DNA from: Spirochaetales bacterium
GTDB lineage: Bacteria > Spirochaetota > Spirochaetia > DSM-27196 > SLAA01
Length of the DNA stretch: 64,000 bases
Direction of reading: 5' to 3'
Assembly: GCA_007127105.1 (NCBI GenBank)
Contig: SLAA01000039.1
Span: 755 to 64,754 of the forward strand
The first letter of the stretch is position 1, and each line of letters begins with the position of its first letter. The position numbers and the translations under genes are program-made. The notes beneath the pieces were generated by a model, which did no database searches, was not told the origin of the DNA, and saw only the letters and a list, made by a program, of their open reading frames with translations. Shown here in pieces: positions 1-8,633 of this stretch.

Positions 1-278
1 GAATTGCCATTGGCACCGGTACGGACGTGGCAATTGAGGCCGCCGACGTTACCCTGGTGCGAGGTAGCCTGGAAGGGCTGGTGACCTCGGTGAACCTCTC
101 CACCGAGATCTTCCGCAAGATCAAGCAGAACTACTTCTGGGCATGGGCCTACAACGCGGTCGCGGTACCCATTGCGGTGTTTGGTCTCCTGCATCCAATG
201 ATCGGTGCGGCAGCTATGGCCATGAGTTCGCTCAATGTGGTGTATAACTCACTGCGGCTCAAGAAACGGCCTATCTAA
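1..278 (+). CDS. Heavy-metal translocating P1B-type ATPase, C-terminal fragment (5' part lies outside the window)
   Basis: Frame 3 is open from the window edge. The translation ..IAIGTGTDVAIEAADVTLVRGSLEGL.., followed by two hydrophobic helices (YFWAWAYNAVAVPIAVFGLL, PMIGAAAMAMSSLNVVYNSLRL), is the conserved C-terminus of CopA/ZntA-type pumps. Stop TAA at 276-278. Metal specificity cannot be read from this fragment. Confidence 0.85.
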   Translation, partial: IAIGTGTDVAIEAADVTLVRGSLEGLVTSVNLSTEIFRKIKQNYFWAWAYNAVAVPIAVFGLLHPMIGAAAMAMSSLNVVYNSLRLKKRPI

Positions 279-290
279 CTCAGACGTATT

Positions 291-2039
291 TCAGGACTCA
301 ACCTGCGGAGGAGATGCAGCTGGCGCCATGTGAAGGCTCGCCTGCATTGTCCTCCGCGGGTTCATTTGACGAAGCGCTTGCGCAACGTTAAGTGAGTAGT
401 CGCCCATGTGCTCAAAGTGCCCAATAACATCAATGACCACGAGCTCGGCCTTCACGTCAGATCCTTTTTGAATGCGCTTACGAGCCGACTTCTTGAGTTT
501 GTTGCGATACCGGTTGATAGAACGCTCAATTTCATGGGCCTCCTGAAGCGCCTCGTCATCAAGCGTGTCGAGTATTCTTCCGTCAATATAGCCGACAAAA
601 TCCTGCACTAACTGTGCGTAGGGGCGCAGCTCCTCCATTGCCTTTTCACTAACCTTCAGTTTTTTCCTGCGCCGTCGGTCGGCAATAAGCGCTACGTTAT
701 AACTACTGTCCGCAATCCCCTCTAGCTCATCAATGATCCGGAGCAAGGACGCAATAGAGGTTGCCGTACTGTCGCTTAGGCTCTCGGTAGAGAAGCCCGC
801 AAGGAATGCCGACAGTTGCTCCTGCATTTGATCGGTGTACTCCTCTTCAATGCGACAGTCGTCTACTCGCTTCTCTGCATCGTCAGCGTTTGGTTCCTCG
901 AATAATGCCCAGGCGCTCTGAATCATGGTCTCAACTATTCGCGCCATTCGGACTATCTCGTATCGCACTTCCATGAGATACAGCTCAACAGTTCCCTTTG
1001 CATAACGCGCTGGCACCGGTAGGGCATACGGTACGGTCAGATCATGCTCGTCGTCACCCGGTACAAGCCGTATCGTGAGTCGCGCCATAAGGGGAATGAA
1101 CCCAATGAATAAGGCGGTGTTAATCAGGTTGAACACGGTGTGAAACATGGCCAAATGGGCTGGCAGAACATGAATTGTCGCCAGATCGTAGGGCGATCCG
1201 GGCAGTATGATGTCCACGACTCGGAGAAAGAAGGGAAAGAACGCGAGCATCCACAACACACCAACAACGTTAAAGAGCAGATGCGCTCTTGCGGCCCGAA
1301 TACCGTTACGCGAACCTCCAATGGCCGCAAGATTGGCAGTAATGGTAGTGCCGATATTCTCACCGAGGATAATTGCCGCGGAGGTAGGATAGTCGATCCA
1401 GCCAGCAAAGGCCATGGTCAGGGTAATGGTGACTGCAGCGGAGGACGACTGCACAATTACGGTGAGCAGCGCCCCAAAGAGGAGAAAGAGCACTATAGAA
1501 GGAAATCCGTGACCGCTGAGACTCGCTATACGCTCGAGAAGCTCAGGATTGGCACCAATGTCCGGGACGGCCTCCTTCAGGAAGCTCAGCCCAAGGAACA
1601 ACAGCCCAAATCCAATAAAGACCTCGCCAAGATCGTTCCGCCGCAGTTTCTTGTTAAATACGAGAACCGCACCAATTCCTATCGCTGGCAAGGCCGCGCC
1701 GGATACATTCACCGAAAAGCCAAACACCGCCACAATCCAGCCGGTAACCGTGGTTCCAATGTTCGCACCCATGATTGCCCCAATTGCCTGCGTCAGAGTT
1801 AGCAATGAAGCGTTCACAAAACTGACAATCATGACGGTGGAGGCCGAGGAGGACTGCACCAGAACGGTAATGAGGAAACCGGTGAATACCGCGGTGAAGC
1901 GGTTGGTAGTAAAAAGGCGAAGAATTGACTGCAAACGGTCGCCAGCGGCGCGTTGTATACCCTCGCTCAAGAGGCGCATACCAAAAACCAGGAGGCCGAG
2001 GCTACCGAGAATATACAGCAACTGGTACACAAACCCCAT
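291..2039 (-). CDS. Na+/phosphate cotransporter family protein with C-terminal PhoU-like domain
   Basis: 582-aa ORF. The polytopic N-terminal half carries the duplicated Na/Pi-cotransporter signature (VLVQSSSASTVM and VIVQSSSAAVTI). The C-terminal ~200 aa is helical and charged, with PhoU-like repeats (DELEGIADSSYN, DVIGHFEHMGDYSLNVA). Confidence 0.85.
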   Translation of the reverse strand: MGFVYQLLYILGSLGLLVFGMRLLSEGIQRAAGDRLQSILRLFTTNRFTAVFTGFLITVLVQSSSASTVMIVSFVNASLLTLTQAIGAIMGANIGTTVTGWIVAVFGFSVNVSGAALPAIGIGAVLVFNKKLRRNDLGEVFIGFGLLFLGLSFLKEAVPDIGANPELLERIASLSGHGFPSIVLFLLFGALLTVIVQSSSAAVTITLTMAFAGWIDYPTSAAIILGENIGTTITANLAAIGGSRNGIRAARAHLLFNVVGVLWMLAFFPFFLRVVDIILPGSPYDLATIHVLPAHLAMFHTVFNLINTALFIGFIPLMARLTIRLVPGDDEHDLTVPYALPVPARYAKGTVELYLMEVRYEIVRMARIVETMIQSAWALFEEPNADDAEKRVDDCRIEEEYTDQMQEQLSAFLAGFSTESLSDSTATSIASLLRIIDELEGIADSSYNVALIADRRRRKKLKVSEKAMEELRPYAQLVQDFVGYIDGRILDTLDDEALQEAHEIERSINRYRNKLKKSARKRIQKGSDVKAELVVIDVIGHFEHMGDYSLNVAQALRQMNPRRTMQASLHMAPAASPPQVES

Positions 2040-2109
2040 GATTACGAGAACCTGCCTCTACTGGATTAGCCCGTGAGAAGCACTGGCCACCCAAATCCTA
2101 ACAGAGAAC

Positions 2110-2217
2110 TTATACTCCGCACAACACTCCCCTCCCTGACTCGGCGCACTCGATCTTCATTACCTTCCTTTTGAGTTCATCGACGAGTGTGGAAATCTCG
2201 CAGAGCACCTTTTTCAT
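2110..2217 (-). CDS. Candidate 35-aa small ORF upstream of the Na/Pi cotransporter gene (hypothetical)
   Basis: ATG at 2217 is preceded by GAGGAGGTG, which is SD-like but leaves only 2-4 nt spacing. Translation MKKVLCEISTLVDELKRKVMKIECAESGRGVLCGV, stop TAA 2110-2112. It is co-directional with the transporter gene and ends 70 nt upstream of its start. In the ORF track it appears only as the internal Met64 of the 98-aa ORF 2110..2406. No family recognised. Confidence 0.2.
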   Translation of the reverse strand: MKKVLCEISTLVDELKRKVMKIECAESGRGVLCGV

Positions 2218-2245
2218 CACCTCCTCATGCGGTATACTTGAGGGC

Positions 2246-2932
2246 GTGAAACCTCGTAGAGACGGCCAACACCCAGACACCAAGCTCCTTTGCCGCCGAA
2301 CCGCTTTTGCCACTGCGGTACTTCTGCTGGTGCTTCTCCCAGCGCCAGTCTTTGGGCACCCCCATGTATTTATTGACGCACGCGTGCAATTGGAGTTCAA
2401 CGACACGCACCTGAAGGGGTTCTGGGCTGAGTGGGAGTTCGACCGGCTCTTTACCTCAATGATTGTTCTGGACTTCCGTGTTCCACGTGAAGGAGAGTTC
2501 AGTCGAGAGCAAATCAGGGCAATTGAACAAGGCGCTTTCTCTAATCTGCAGTACTACGACTACTTTGTTTTTGTTGTACATGATGGTAAACGCATTCCCA
2601 CCAGACAGGTGGAGGGCTTCACAGCATTCATGCGAAATGGCAGAATCGTGTATCGCTTCTTCGTACCCTACGAAGTTGAACTGTCGTCAGAGTATGAAAG
2701 CCTGCGGATTCAGATGTACGATCACACATTCTTCACCGATATCGCGTTTCACGAAACATCGCCTGTGCAAAGCACCAACGATGCCGGAGTTGAGAAGCGC
2801 TTTGAGATACGCAGGGACCGGAACAGGAGAATTGAGTTTGACCCAACGGATACTACAGGCGCGCGCGAGGATGTCCAGTACAGTGGTGTCACCTATCCAT
2901 ATGAAGTTCAGCTTCAACTTCGTCGGCCATAA
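2246..2932 (+). CDS. DUF1007 family periplasmic protein (COG3683-like)
   Basis: ORF 2171..2932. It has a signal-like segment RRTAFATAVLLLVLLPAPVFG followed by HPHVFIDARV, WEFDRLF and YYDYFVFV, the pattern of the DUF1007 family. The start is uncertain: I chose the in-frame GTG at 2246 (about 228 aa); TTG 2171 is the longest option. Neither has a well-spaced SD. Confidence 0.7.
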   Translation: MKPRRDGQHPDTKLLCRRTAFATAVLLLVLLPAPVFGHPHVFIDARVQLEFNDTHLKGFWAEWEFDRLFTSMIVLDFRVPREGEFSREQIRAIEQGAFSNLQYYDYFVFVVHDGKRIPTRQVEGFTAFMRNGRIVYRFFVPYEVELSSEYESLRIQMYDHTFFTDIAFHETSPVQSTNDAGVEKRFEIRRDRNRRIEFDPTDTTGAREDVQYSGVTYPYEVQLQLRRP

Positions 2933-3015
2933 CCCGTTCCTCAGGCGTTATAGTCTTGCGAATTCCGCCAACATGCTTCATTATTTGAGGTGTAACGTAG
3001 CACCTGGAGGTCCCT

Positions 3016-3558
3016 ATGGGAATGTTTGATACGATTCTGCTTGAGAAAGTTACCCATTGCACGGCATGTGGGGCACTTATCGAGTCGCTACAGACCAAGC
3101 AGTTCGGCCAGCACCTTGAGGAGTATCGCATAGGCGACATCGTAGAACCGTCCCCAGTAATAACCGGAATCATTACCGAGCAGATCTTTTGCCCGAAATG
3201 CCGCAGCAGCGAGCAAACCGTCTACCTGACTATCTGGCAGAGCCTCCTTACCGGGATATACGACAATGTAGAGTCCGCCGAAAAGGATCTGCTGGGAATA
3301 GATCGCTCGGATCTCCTTTCACATCTGCTCCGACATCAACGATCTGAACGCATGTGGAGTCGCCGCTTTGAGAAACTCTACAACGAGCTTACACAATACC
3401 ATGAGTACGAGCAGGACACGACCGAGGGCAAAGCCGCCGACCATGCATCGCTTAGGTACCTTCATATAACAGAACACTTAAAACAACCGGATCCACTGGC
3501 AAGCATTCTGGAAAACCACAATGCCGACACCGAGGAGTTTTTCGAGCCCCAGGACTAA
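3016..3558 (+). CDS. Hypothetical protein with N-terminal Cys4 zinc-ribbon-like motif
   Basis: 180-aa ORF. ATG 3016 is preceded by GGAGG with a 5-nt spacer. There are two CxxC pairs (CTAC at residues 15-18, CPKC at 59-62) and an acidic, helical C-terminal half. No family recognised by eye. Confidence 0.6.
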   Translation: MGMFDTILLEKVTHCTACGALIESLQTKQFGQHLEEYRIGDIVEPSPVITGIITEQIFCPKCRSSEQTVYLTIWQSLLTGIYDNVESAEKDLLGIDRSDLLSHLLRHQRSERMWSRRFEKLYNELTQYHEYEQDTTEGKAADHASLRYLHITEHLKQPDPLASILENHNADTEEFFEPQD

Positions 3559-3672
3559 GAGTAGCATGGGCGCTGCAACCATTCATCTCAGCAGATAGTC
3601 ACACGCGACACCGGGTCTGGAACACTCATCCTCTTTGCCGTGCCTTCAATTCGGACACATAAGGAGCACGCA

Positions 3673-5505
3673 ATGGGTTATCCCCTACGAAGCAACACTA
3701 CTACTCAGGGTCGACGAATGGCCGGAGCTCGATCATTGTGGCGGGCGAACGGCATGCGTGAGGAGCATTTTGGCAAGCCGATCATCGCTATTGCCAACTC
3801 CTTCACTCAGTTTGTTCCCGGCCACATGCATCTTCATGAGGTAGGACAACTGATCAAGACCCGCATTGAGAACGCTGGTCTTTTCGCAGCGGAGTTCAAC
3901 ACCATTGCAATTGATGACGGAATTGCCATGGGTCATGACGGAATGCTGTACTCGCTTCCTTCACGTGAACTGATCGCCGACAGCGTCGAGTACATGGTCA
4001 ACGCCCATCGAGCAGATGCACTCATTTGCATTAGCAACTGCGACAAGATCACACCGGGAATGATGATGGCGGCAATGCGCCTCAACATTCCAACCATATT
4101 CGTTTCGGGAGGCCCGATGGAGGCCGGACGAGCTGGCGAGAAACGCTATGACCTCATAGATGCCATGGTCATGGCAGGCGACACCAAGGTAAGCAACGAA
4201 GCACTGCGAGAGGTGGAGCTCAGCGCCTGTCCAACATGTGGTTCATGTAGTGGTATGTTCACTGCCAACTCAATGAACTGTCTTACAGAGGCCTTAGGTC
4301 TTTCACTGCCGGGCAACGGATCGGTGGTAGCGACCCATTCCGAGCGCCTGGCTCTCTTTGAGGCCGCCGCCGACCGTATTGTGGCAATGGCACACGAGTA
4401 CTACGACCAGGGTAACGACTCGGTCTTGCCACGGCGCATCTCGACCCGTGCCGACTTTCTCAACGCCATGACCCTGGACATTGCCATGGGAGGATCCACG
4501 AACACTGTGCTCCACCTCCTGGCCATTGCCCAGGAGGCCGAGGTCAAGTTTACGCTCGAAGATATAGACCGCTTATCCCGTACAACCCCTTGCCTTTGCA
4601 AGGTAGCGCCAAGTTCTTCCTACCACATGGAGGATGTTCACCGAGCCGGTGGGGTACTGGCTATCATGGGCGAGCTGGAACGTATTGGGCTGATAAACCT
4701 TGAGACCCAGCGAGCCGACGGGCTTTCGCTTGGAACCGCATTGTCCCAGTACGACGTTCGGCGCTCAAGCTCATTGCCCGAGGCCAAGACGCTGTACAAA
4801 GCCGCTCCAGCAGGCGTACCGAGCTTTGAGCTCGGTGGCCAGGACACACAGTACGATGAGCTGGATCTTGACCGTGCACACGGCTGCATTCGGGACGGAG
4901 ACCACGCCTATGCAGCCGATGGTGGACTCGCCATCCTTTTCGGAAACATTGCCAAACGTGGGTGTGTCGTGAAGACGGCCGGTGTTGATGAGTCACTGCT
5001 TAGCTTCTCCGGCCCTGCCCGCGTATTCCACTCCCAGGATTCCGCCTGTGATGCCATTCTTGAGAACAGGATTGCCGCCGGAGATATCATAGTAATTGTG
5101 TACGAGGGTCCTAAGGGTGGCCCCGGTATGCAGGAGATGCTGTATCCCACCAGCTATATCAAAGCGGTTGGGCTGGGTAAGGCCTGTGCCCTTGTTACCG
5201 ACGGCAGGTTCTCAGGTGGCACCTCCGGACTCTCTATTGGGCATGTCTCGCCCGAGGCTGCGGCAGGGGGAGAGATAGGTCTTGTTCGCGATGGTGATAT
5301 CATTGAAATGGATATTCCAGCCCGTTCTATTCAGGTAAAACTGAGTGACAAAGAGCTAAAAGCACGCCGAGCCGCGGAAGAGAGCAAAGGCGAACAGCGT
5401 TTTCGGCCCGAACGCCGGAGAGAGGTACCCCAGTCCCTTCGGGCATATTCTGAGCTGGTAAGCGGAGCGGATCTGGGTGCAGTTCGTCGTCGTTTCGCGG
5501 ACTAA
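3673..5505 (+). CDS. ilvD: Dihydroxy-acid dehydratase
   Basis: ORF 3640..5505. I chose ATG 3673 because AAGGAG (3661-3666) lies 6 nt upstream and the N-terminus then reads [28 protein letters not shown], the conserved IlvD start. Similarity is full-length, including [11 protein letters not shown] and SGGPMEAG. Confidence 0.95.
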   Translation: MGYPLRSNTTTQGRRMAGARSLWRANGMREEHFGKPIIAIANSFTQFVPGHMHLHEVGQLIKTRIENAGLFAAEFNTIAIDDGIAMGHDGMLYSLPSRELIADSVEYMVNAHRADALICISNCDKITPGMMMAAMRLNIPTIFVSGGPMEAGRAGEKRYDLIDAMVMAGDTKVSNEALREVELSACPTCGSCSGMFTANSMNCLTEALGLSLPGNGSVVATHSERLALFEAAADRIVAMAHEYYDQGNDSVLPRRISTRADFLNAMTLDIAMGGSTNTVLHLLAIAQEAEVKFTLEDIDRLSRTTPCLCKVAPSSSYHMEDVHRAGGVLAIMGELERIGLINLETQRADGLSLGTALSQYDVRRSSSLPEAKTLYKAAPAGVPSFELGGQDTQYDELDLDRAHGCIRDGDHAYAADGGLAILFGNIAKRGCVVKTAGVDESLLSFSGPARVFHSQDSACDAILENRIAAGDIIVIVYEGPKGGPGMQEMLYPTSYIKAVGLGKACALVTDGRFSGGTSGLSIGHVSPEAAAGGEIGLVRDGDIIEMDIPARSIQVKLSDKELKARRAAEESKGEQRFRPERRREVPQSLRAYSELVSGADLGAVRRRFAD

Positions 5506-5527
5506 CGAGCCAGCCTGACGGGTCCAC

Positions 5528-5559
5528 GCTGAACCGAACCGACCCGGACTCGGTTCAGC
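5528..5559. terminator. Stem-loop between convergent ilvD and diguanylate cyclase genes (weak bidirectional terminator candidate)
   Basis: A 10-bp perfect stem, GCTGAACCGA (5528-5537) with TCGGTTCAGC (5550-5559), and a 12-nt loop. No U-tract follows on either strand. The 3' arm overlaps the stop codon (5555-5557) of the minus-strand gene. Confidence 0.3.
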
Positions 5560-8554
5560 TGCTTGGCCTCCAAATTCGCGTGCGGTCACGACCGTCATTC
5601 TTTGCTCTATAGAGCGCTTCGTCCGCTCGCGCCACAAAGACATCAACACCAATATCTCTATCCGGCACCAGTACGCACAGACCAATGCTGGCGGTCACGG
5701 GTGTTGAGTGCCGTATGCGATCATGAACCAGCTCAGCAACTATTTCCGCACCTTGTTCGTCGGTGTTGGGCAGAACTACCAGCAGCTCCTCACCCCCATA
5801 ACGCGCGACAAAGTCCCCGGGCCGGCGTACAACAGAGCTCAGCACATTGGAGACTGCCTGCAAACAACGGTCTCCAGCTATGTGTCCATTCTGGTCGTTG
5901 TAGTTCTTGAAGTGGTCAATGTCCAGCAGTAACAATGCAATTGGCGCTACCTCGCGCCGAGCTCGTACGATTTCGGAAGCAAAGTGCTCCTCGAAATAGC
6001 GACGGTTGAATAGCCCGGTGAGCGGATCATGAATTGAGAGTCGCGTGAGTTCGAGATTTGCCACTTCAAGCAGCGCGTTGGTTCGTTCAAGTTCGGCGTT
6101 CGCCGACAGCAACACTCGGTTTTCCCGCAGTCGTACCGCAGCGAAAAGAATGAGCAAACCGGCAAGAGCATACCCCACCCGGGCAGGAAAAGTACGCCAC
6201 CAGTACTCCGGCACAATCACCTCGACCTCGGCAAGCGCTCCCCGACTTCCGTCGACAGAATGAATAGCCTCTACCTGGAAGCGAAATGTGCCGGGCGGAA
6301 GCGCTGCGTAGCTTACTGTTCCGTGTTCGTCCGAACTCACCCAGTCGTCGTCAAAACCAGCAAGCCGATATCGATAACGGTATGCAGCCGGAGCATTGTA
6401 GTTAAGGCCTGCAAACGAGAAAGCTATGGTGCGCACACCAAGCGACAGTTCAATAGTACGGTCATTGTGGCTCGGCCTGGCGGCCGGTGGTTCATCGGTG
6501 TAGGTCAACACATCGGTAATGTGGAGTTGTGGCACGTCCGAGTCGGCAACGCGGAAGTCGGCCGGGATCCGCACGAGCCCCTCGATACCGGCGAAGATAA
6601 TTGAACCGTCAAAGTCGCGGAGTCGACCATAGTTGTATTCCATCGTCGGCAGTCCACTTTGTTTGTCGAGCGCCTGTGCGTGAGAGTCCTCGGTGTGATA
6701 CAGCGTGATACCGCGCCCGGTCGCCAGCCACAGTCGTCCAACATCGTCCTCAAGAATTGCGGTGAGCGTGTTGTCACTCAGGCCATCACGTTCGGTAAGG
6801 TGCGTGAAGGTATTGGTCTCAGCGTGGTACTGGCTCAAGCCCCCGCTGGAACTGCCAATCCACAGCCGCCCTCGGCGATCTTCGAACAGCGTCCTTATCG
6901 CGGAACTGGAGAGGCCTGAGGGATCACTTGAGTCATGCTGATAGCACACGAGGGCCTCGGTTCCGGCATCATGTCTACAGAGGCCATTGTTGGTCGCGAT
7001 CCAGGTCGAACCGTTTTCACGTGGGAGAATGTCATACACCAGGTTATCGCTCAGCGAACCAGGCACATCCGAGTCATGGCGAAACGAAATCTGTTCTCCG
7101 GTCCGCGGATCATACCTGAGCACCCCTGAGTTGTAGGTGCCAATCCAATACCGGCCTTCATAGTCTTGCGTCACGGGGTATACAACCTTCTCCGGCAGCT
7201 GAGTATCCGGATAGAAGTCGCGCCCCCACTGCTCAAAGTCATTGCTCTCTGGGCGGTAGCGCTGTATCCCACCCTGTGTCGCAATATAGATTTGACCCTC
7301 TGGACTCTCGTAGATCCGGTTCACAATATCGTTGGCCAAACTGAAGTCGTGATCCGGAACGTGGCGATAGTACTGTACCGTGGTTTCGTTCGGATGGGCC
7401 GAACCCGGTGAGTCGCCTTGATCAACTGCGACCAGGCCGCCGCCGTAGATCCCAATCCAGAGGCGCTTTGTCTGGTCACGATGTATAGCCTGAACACGGC
7501 CGCGTGGAAGAGTTGGAATTCCGGGATACCCGAAGTCTCGTTTGTTCGGATTGACCGAATGCACCCCAGCACCGTTGGTACCAATCCATAGATTCCGGCG
7601 TGAGTCCTGGTAGAGTGAGTACACGACGTTATGCGCCAACTCTCCCCCGCTCTCGCTGTATGAAAAGGAATACCGCTTAGCTTCCGCGTCCATTGCGAAA
7701 AGCCCACCGCCCCAGGTGGCAACCCAGAGGGTGTCGTCGTGCGTGCGCAAGATCGTATACACACGGTTATCCGGGAACTCGGTTCGTGTGGTTTCGCCGG
7801 AAGCCGGATCATACCGAACAACGCCGCCCTCCCATACGCCAAGCTCTAACACCCCTTCCGGGCCCTCTATGATGCGCATTACCGGATCGCTCAGCATGGG
7901 ATCAGACTCGGCAACGACCTTGCCGCTTTGATGGTCAAAGCGTGACAGGCCACCGTTGCTGCCAATCCATAACTCTCCTTGAGCGTCAAGATGCAGTGAA
8001 CGAACAATAGAGCCGGGAACGTGGTAATGGCGAATGCTTTGAAGCTCCGGGTCGTAGTAGTCAAGTCCGGCCGAGGTACCAATCCAGACACCGCCGTCCT
8101 CCAGCGGAAGCACCGCAATGACAAGATTGCTCGACAGGCGCAGTTCACCAGCAGATTGCGAGTCCTCGAAATGTCGAAACTCGCCGCTTTTTTGATCAAA
8201 GCGTACCAAACCACGATAGGTACCGAGCCAGAATACATCTGCCCCCGCATCATAGGCCATGGTCTGAATGAGGTTGTGAGCTAAGACATTGTCTTCAAAG
8301 GGTTCATGCCTGTAGGTGCGGAAGTTGGCGCCGTCGTAGCGATTAAGGCCGCCCTGCGTACCAAACCACATGAAACCGTGCTTATCCTCAACTACTGAGG
8401 AGACCGCCTGATTTGACAGCCCGGAGTCACGATCAACGAGGTCGAACAAAAGCTTCGACTCGCCCTCAAAAAAGTCCCGCGCATACACACTAAGAGCAGT
8501 AAGTGCGAAGACCGAGACGCAAAGTATTAGAGTCCGAACCCTCATGAATCTCAT
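5555..8554 (-). CDS. Periplasmic beta-propeller / Y_Y_Y sensor diguanylate cyclase (GGDEF domain)
   Basis: ORF 5555..8707. I set the start at ATG 8554, which gives the signal peptide MRFMRVRTLILCVSVFALTALSVYA. It has many two-component-regulator-propeller repeats (WIGT.., GGL.RYD), a Y_Y_Y domain (YRYRLAGFDDDW), one TM helix (VGYALAGLLILFAAV) and a C-terminal GGDEF domain (DIDHFKNYND, RYGGEELLVVL). An RxxD I-site (RPGD) lies 5 residues upstream of the GGDEF motif. Confidence 0.9.
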   Translation of the reverse strand: MRFMRVRTLILCVSVFALTALSVYARDFFEGESKLLFDLVDRDSGLSNQAVSSVVEDKHGFMWFGTQGGLNRYDGANFRTYRHEPFEDNVLAHNLIQTMAYDAGADVFWLGTYRGLVRFDQKSGEFRHFEDSQSAGELRLSSNLVIAVLPLEDGGVWIGTSAGLDYYDPELQSIRHYHVPGSIVRSLHLDAQGELWIGSNGGLSRFDHQSGKVVAESDPMLSDPVMRIIEGPEGVLELGVWEGGVVRYDPASGETTRTEFPDNRVYTILRTHDDTLWVATWGGGLFAMDAEAKRYSFSYSESGGELAHNVVYSLYQDSRRNLWIGTNGAGVHSVNPNKRDFGYPGIPTLPRGRVQAIHRDQTKRLWIGIYGGGLVAVDQGDSPGSAHPNETTVQYYRHVPDHDFSLANDIVNRIYESPEGQIYIATQGGIQRYRPESNDFEQWGRDFYPDTQLPEKVVYPVTQDYEGRYWIGTYNSGVLRYDPRTGEQISFRHDSDVPGSLSDNLVYDILPRENGSTWIATNNGLCRHDAGTEALVCYQHDSSDPSGLSSSAIRTLFEDRRGRLWIGSSSGGLSQYHAETNTFTHLTERDGLSDNTLTAILEDDVGRLWLATGRGITLYHTEDSHAQALDKQSGLPTMEYNYGRLRDFDGSIIFAGIEGLVRIPADFRVADSDVPQLHITDVLTYTDEPPAARPSHNDRTIELSLGVRTIAFSFAGLNYNAPAAYRYRYRLAGFDDDWVSSDEHGTVSYAALPPGTFRFQVEAIHSVDGSRGALAEVEVIVPEYWWRTFPARVGYALAGLLILFAAVRLRENRVLLSANAELERTNALLEVANLELTRLSIHDPLTGLFNRRYFEEHFASEIVRARREVAPIALLLLDIDHFKNYNDQNGHIAGDRCLQAVSNVLSSVVRRPGDFVARYGGEELLVVLPNTDEQGAEIVAELVHDRIRHSTPVTASIGLCVLVPDRDIGVDVFVARADEALYRAKNDGRDRTRIWRPSS

Positions 8555-8633
8555 ATTCCTGCTATGTACCATACCAGTTGTCACCCCATGTGAACAGAAG
8601 TCTACTCGCTCCAGCATACGGCTGCGGCCATCC

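Noticed and set aside
2110-2406. 98-aa minus-strand ORF (long form of the small ORF).
   Set aside because: Its upstream two-thirds would overlap the signal peptide and mature N-terminus of the DUF1007 gene on the other strand and looks non-proteinaceous. Only the last 35 codons, behind an SD-like element, were kept, as a low-confidence candidate.
3640-3672. Long 5' extensions of ORF-track entries, such as ilvD from 3640. Others are 8555..8707, 13379..13468, 35291..35362, 41344..41454, 43340..43375, 45740..45799, 47038..47082, 54903..54971, 55221..55364 and 62312..62359.
   Set aside because: Internal starts give canonical family N-termini or signal peptides, have better SD spacing, and/or remove overlaps with upstream genes. 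The extensions have no support.
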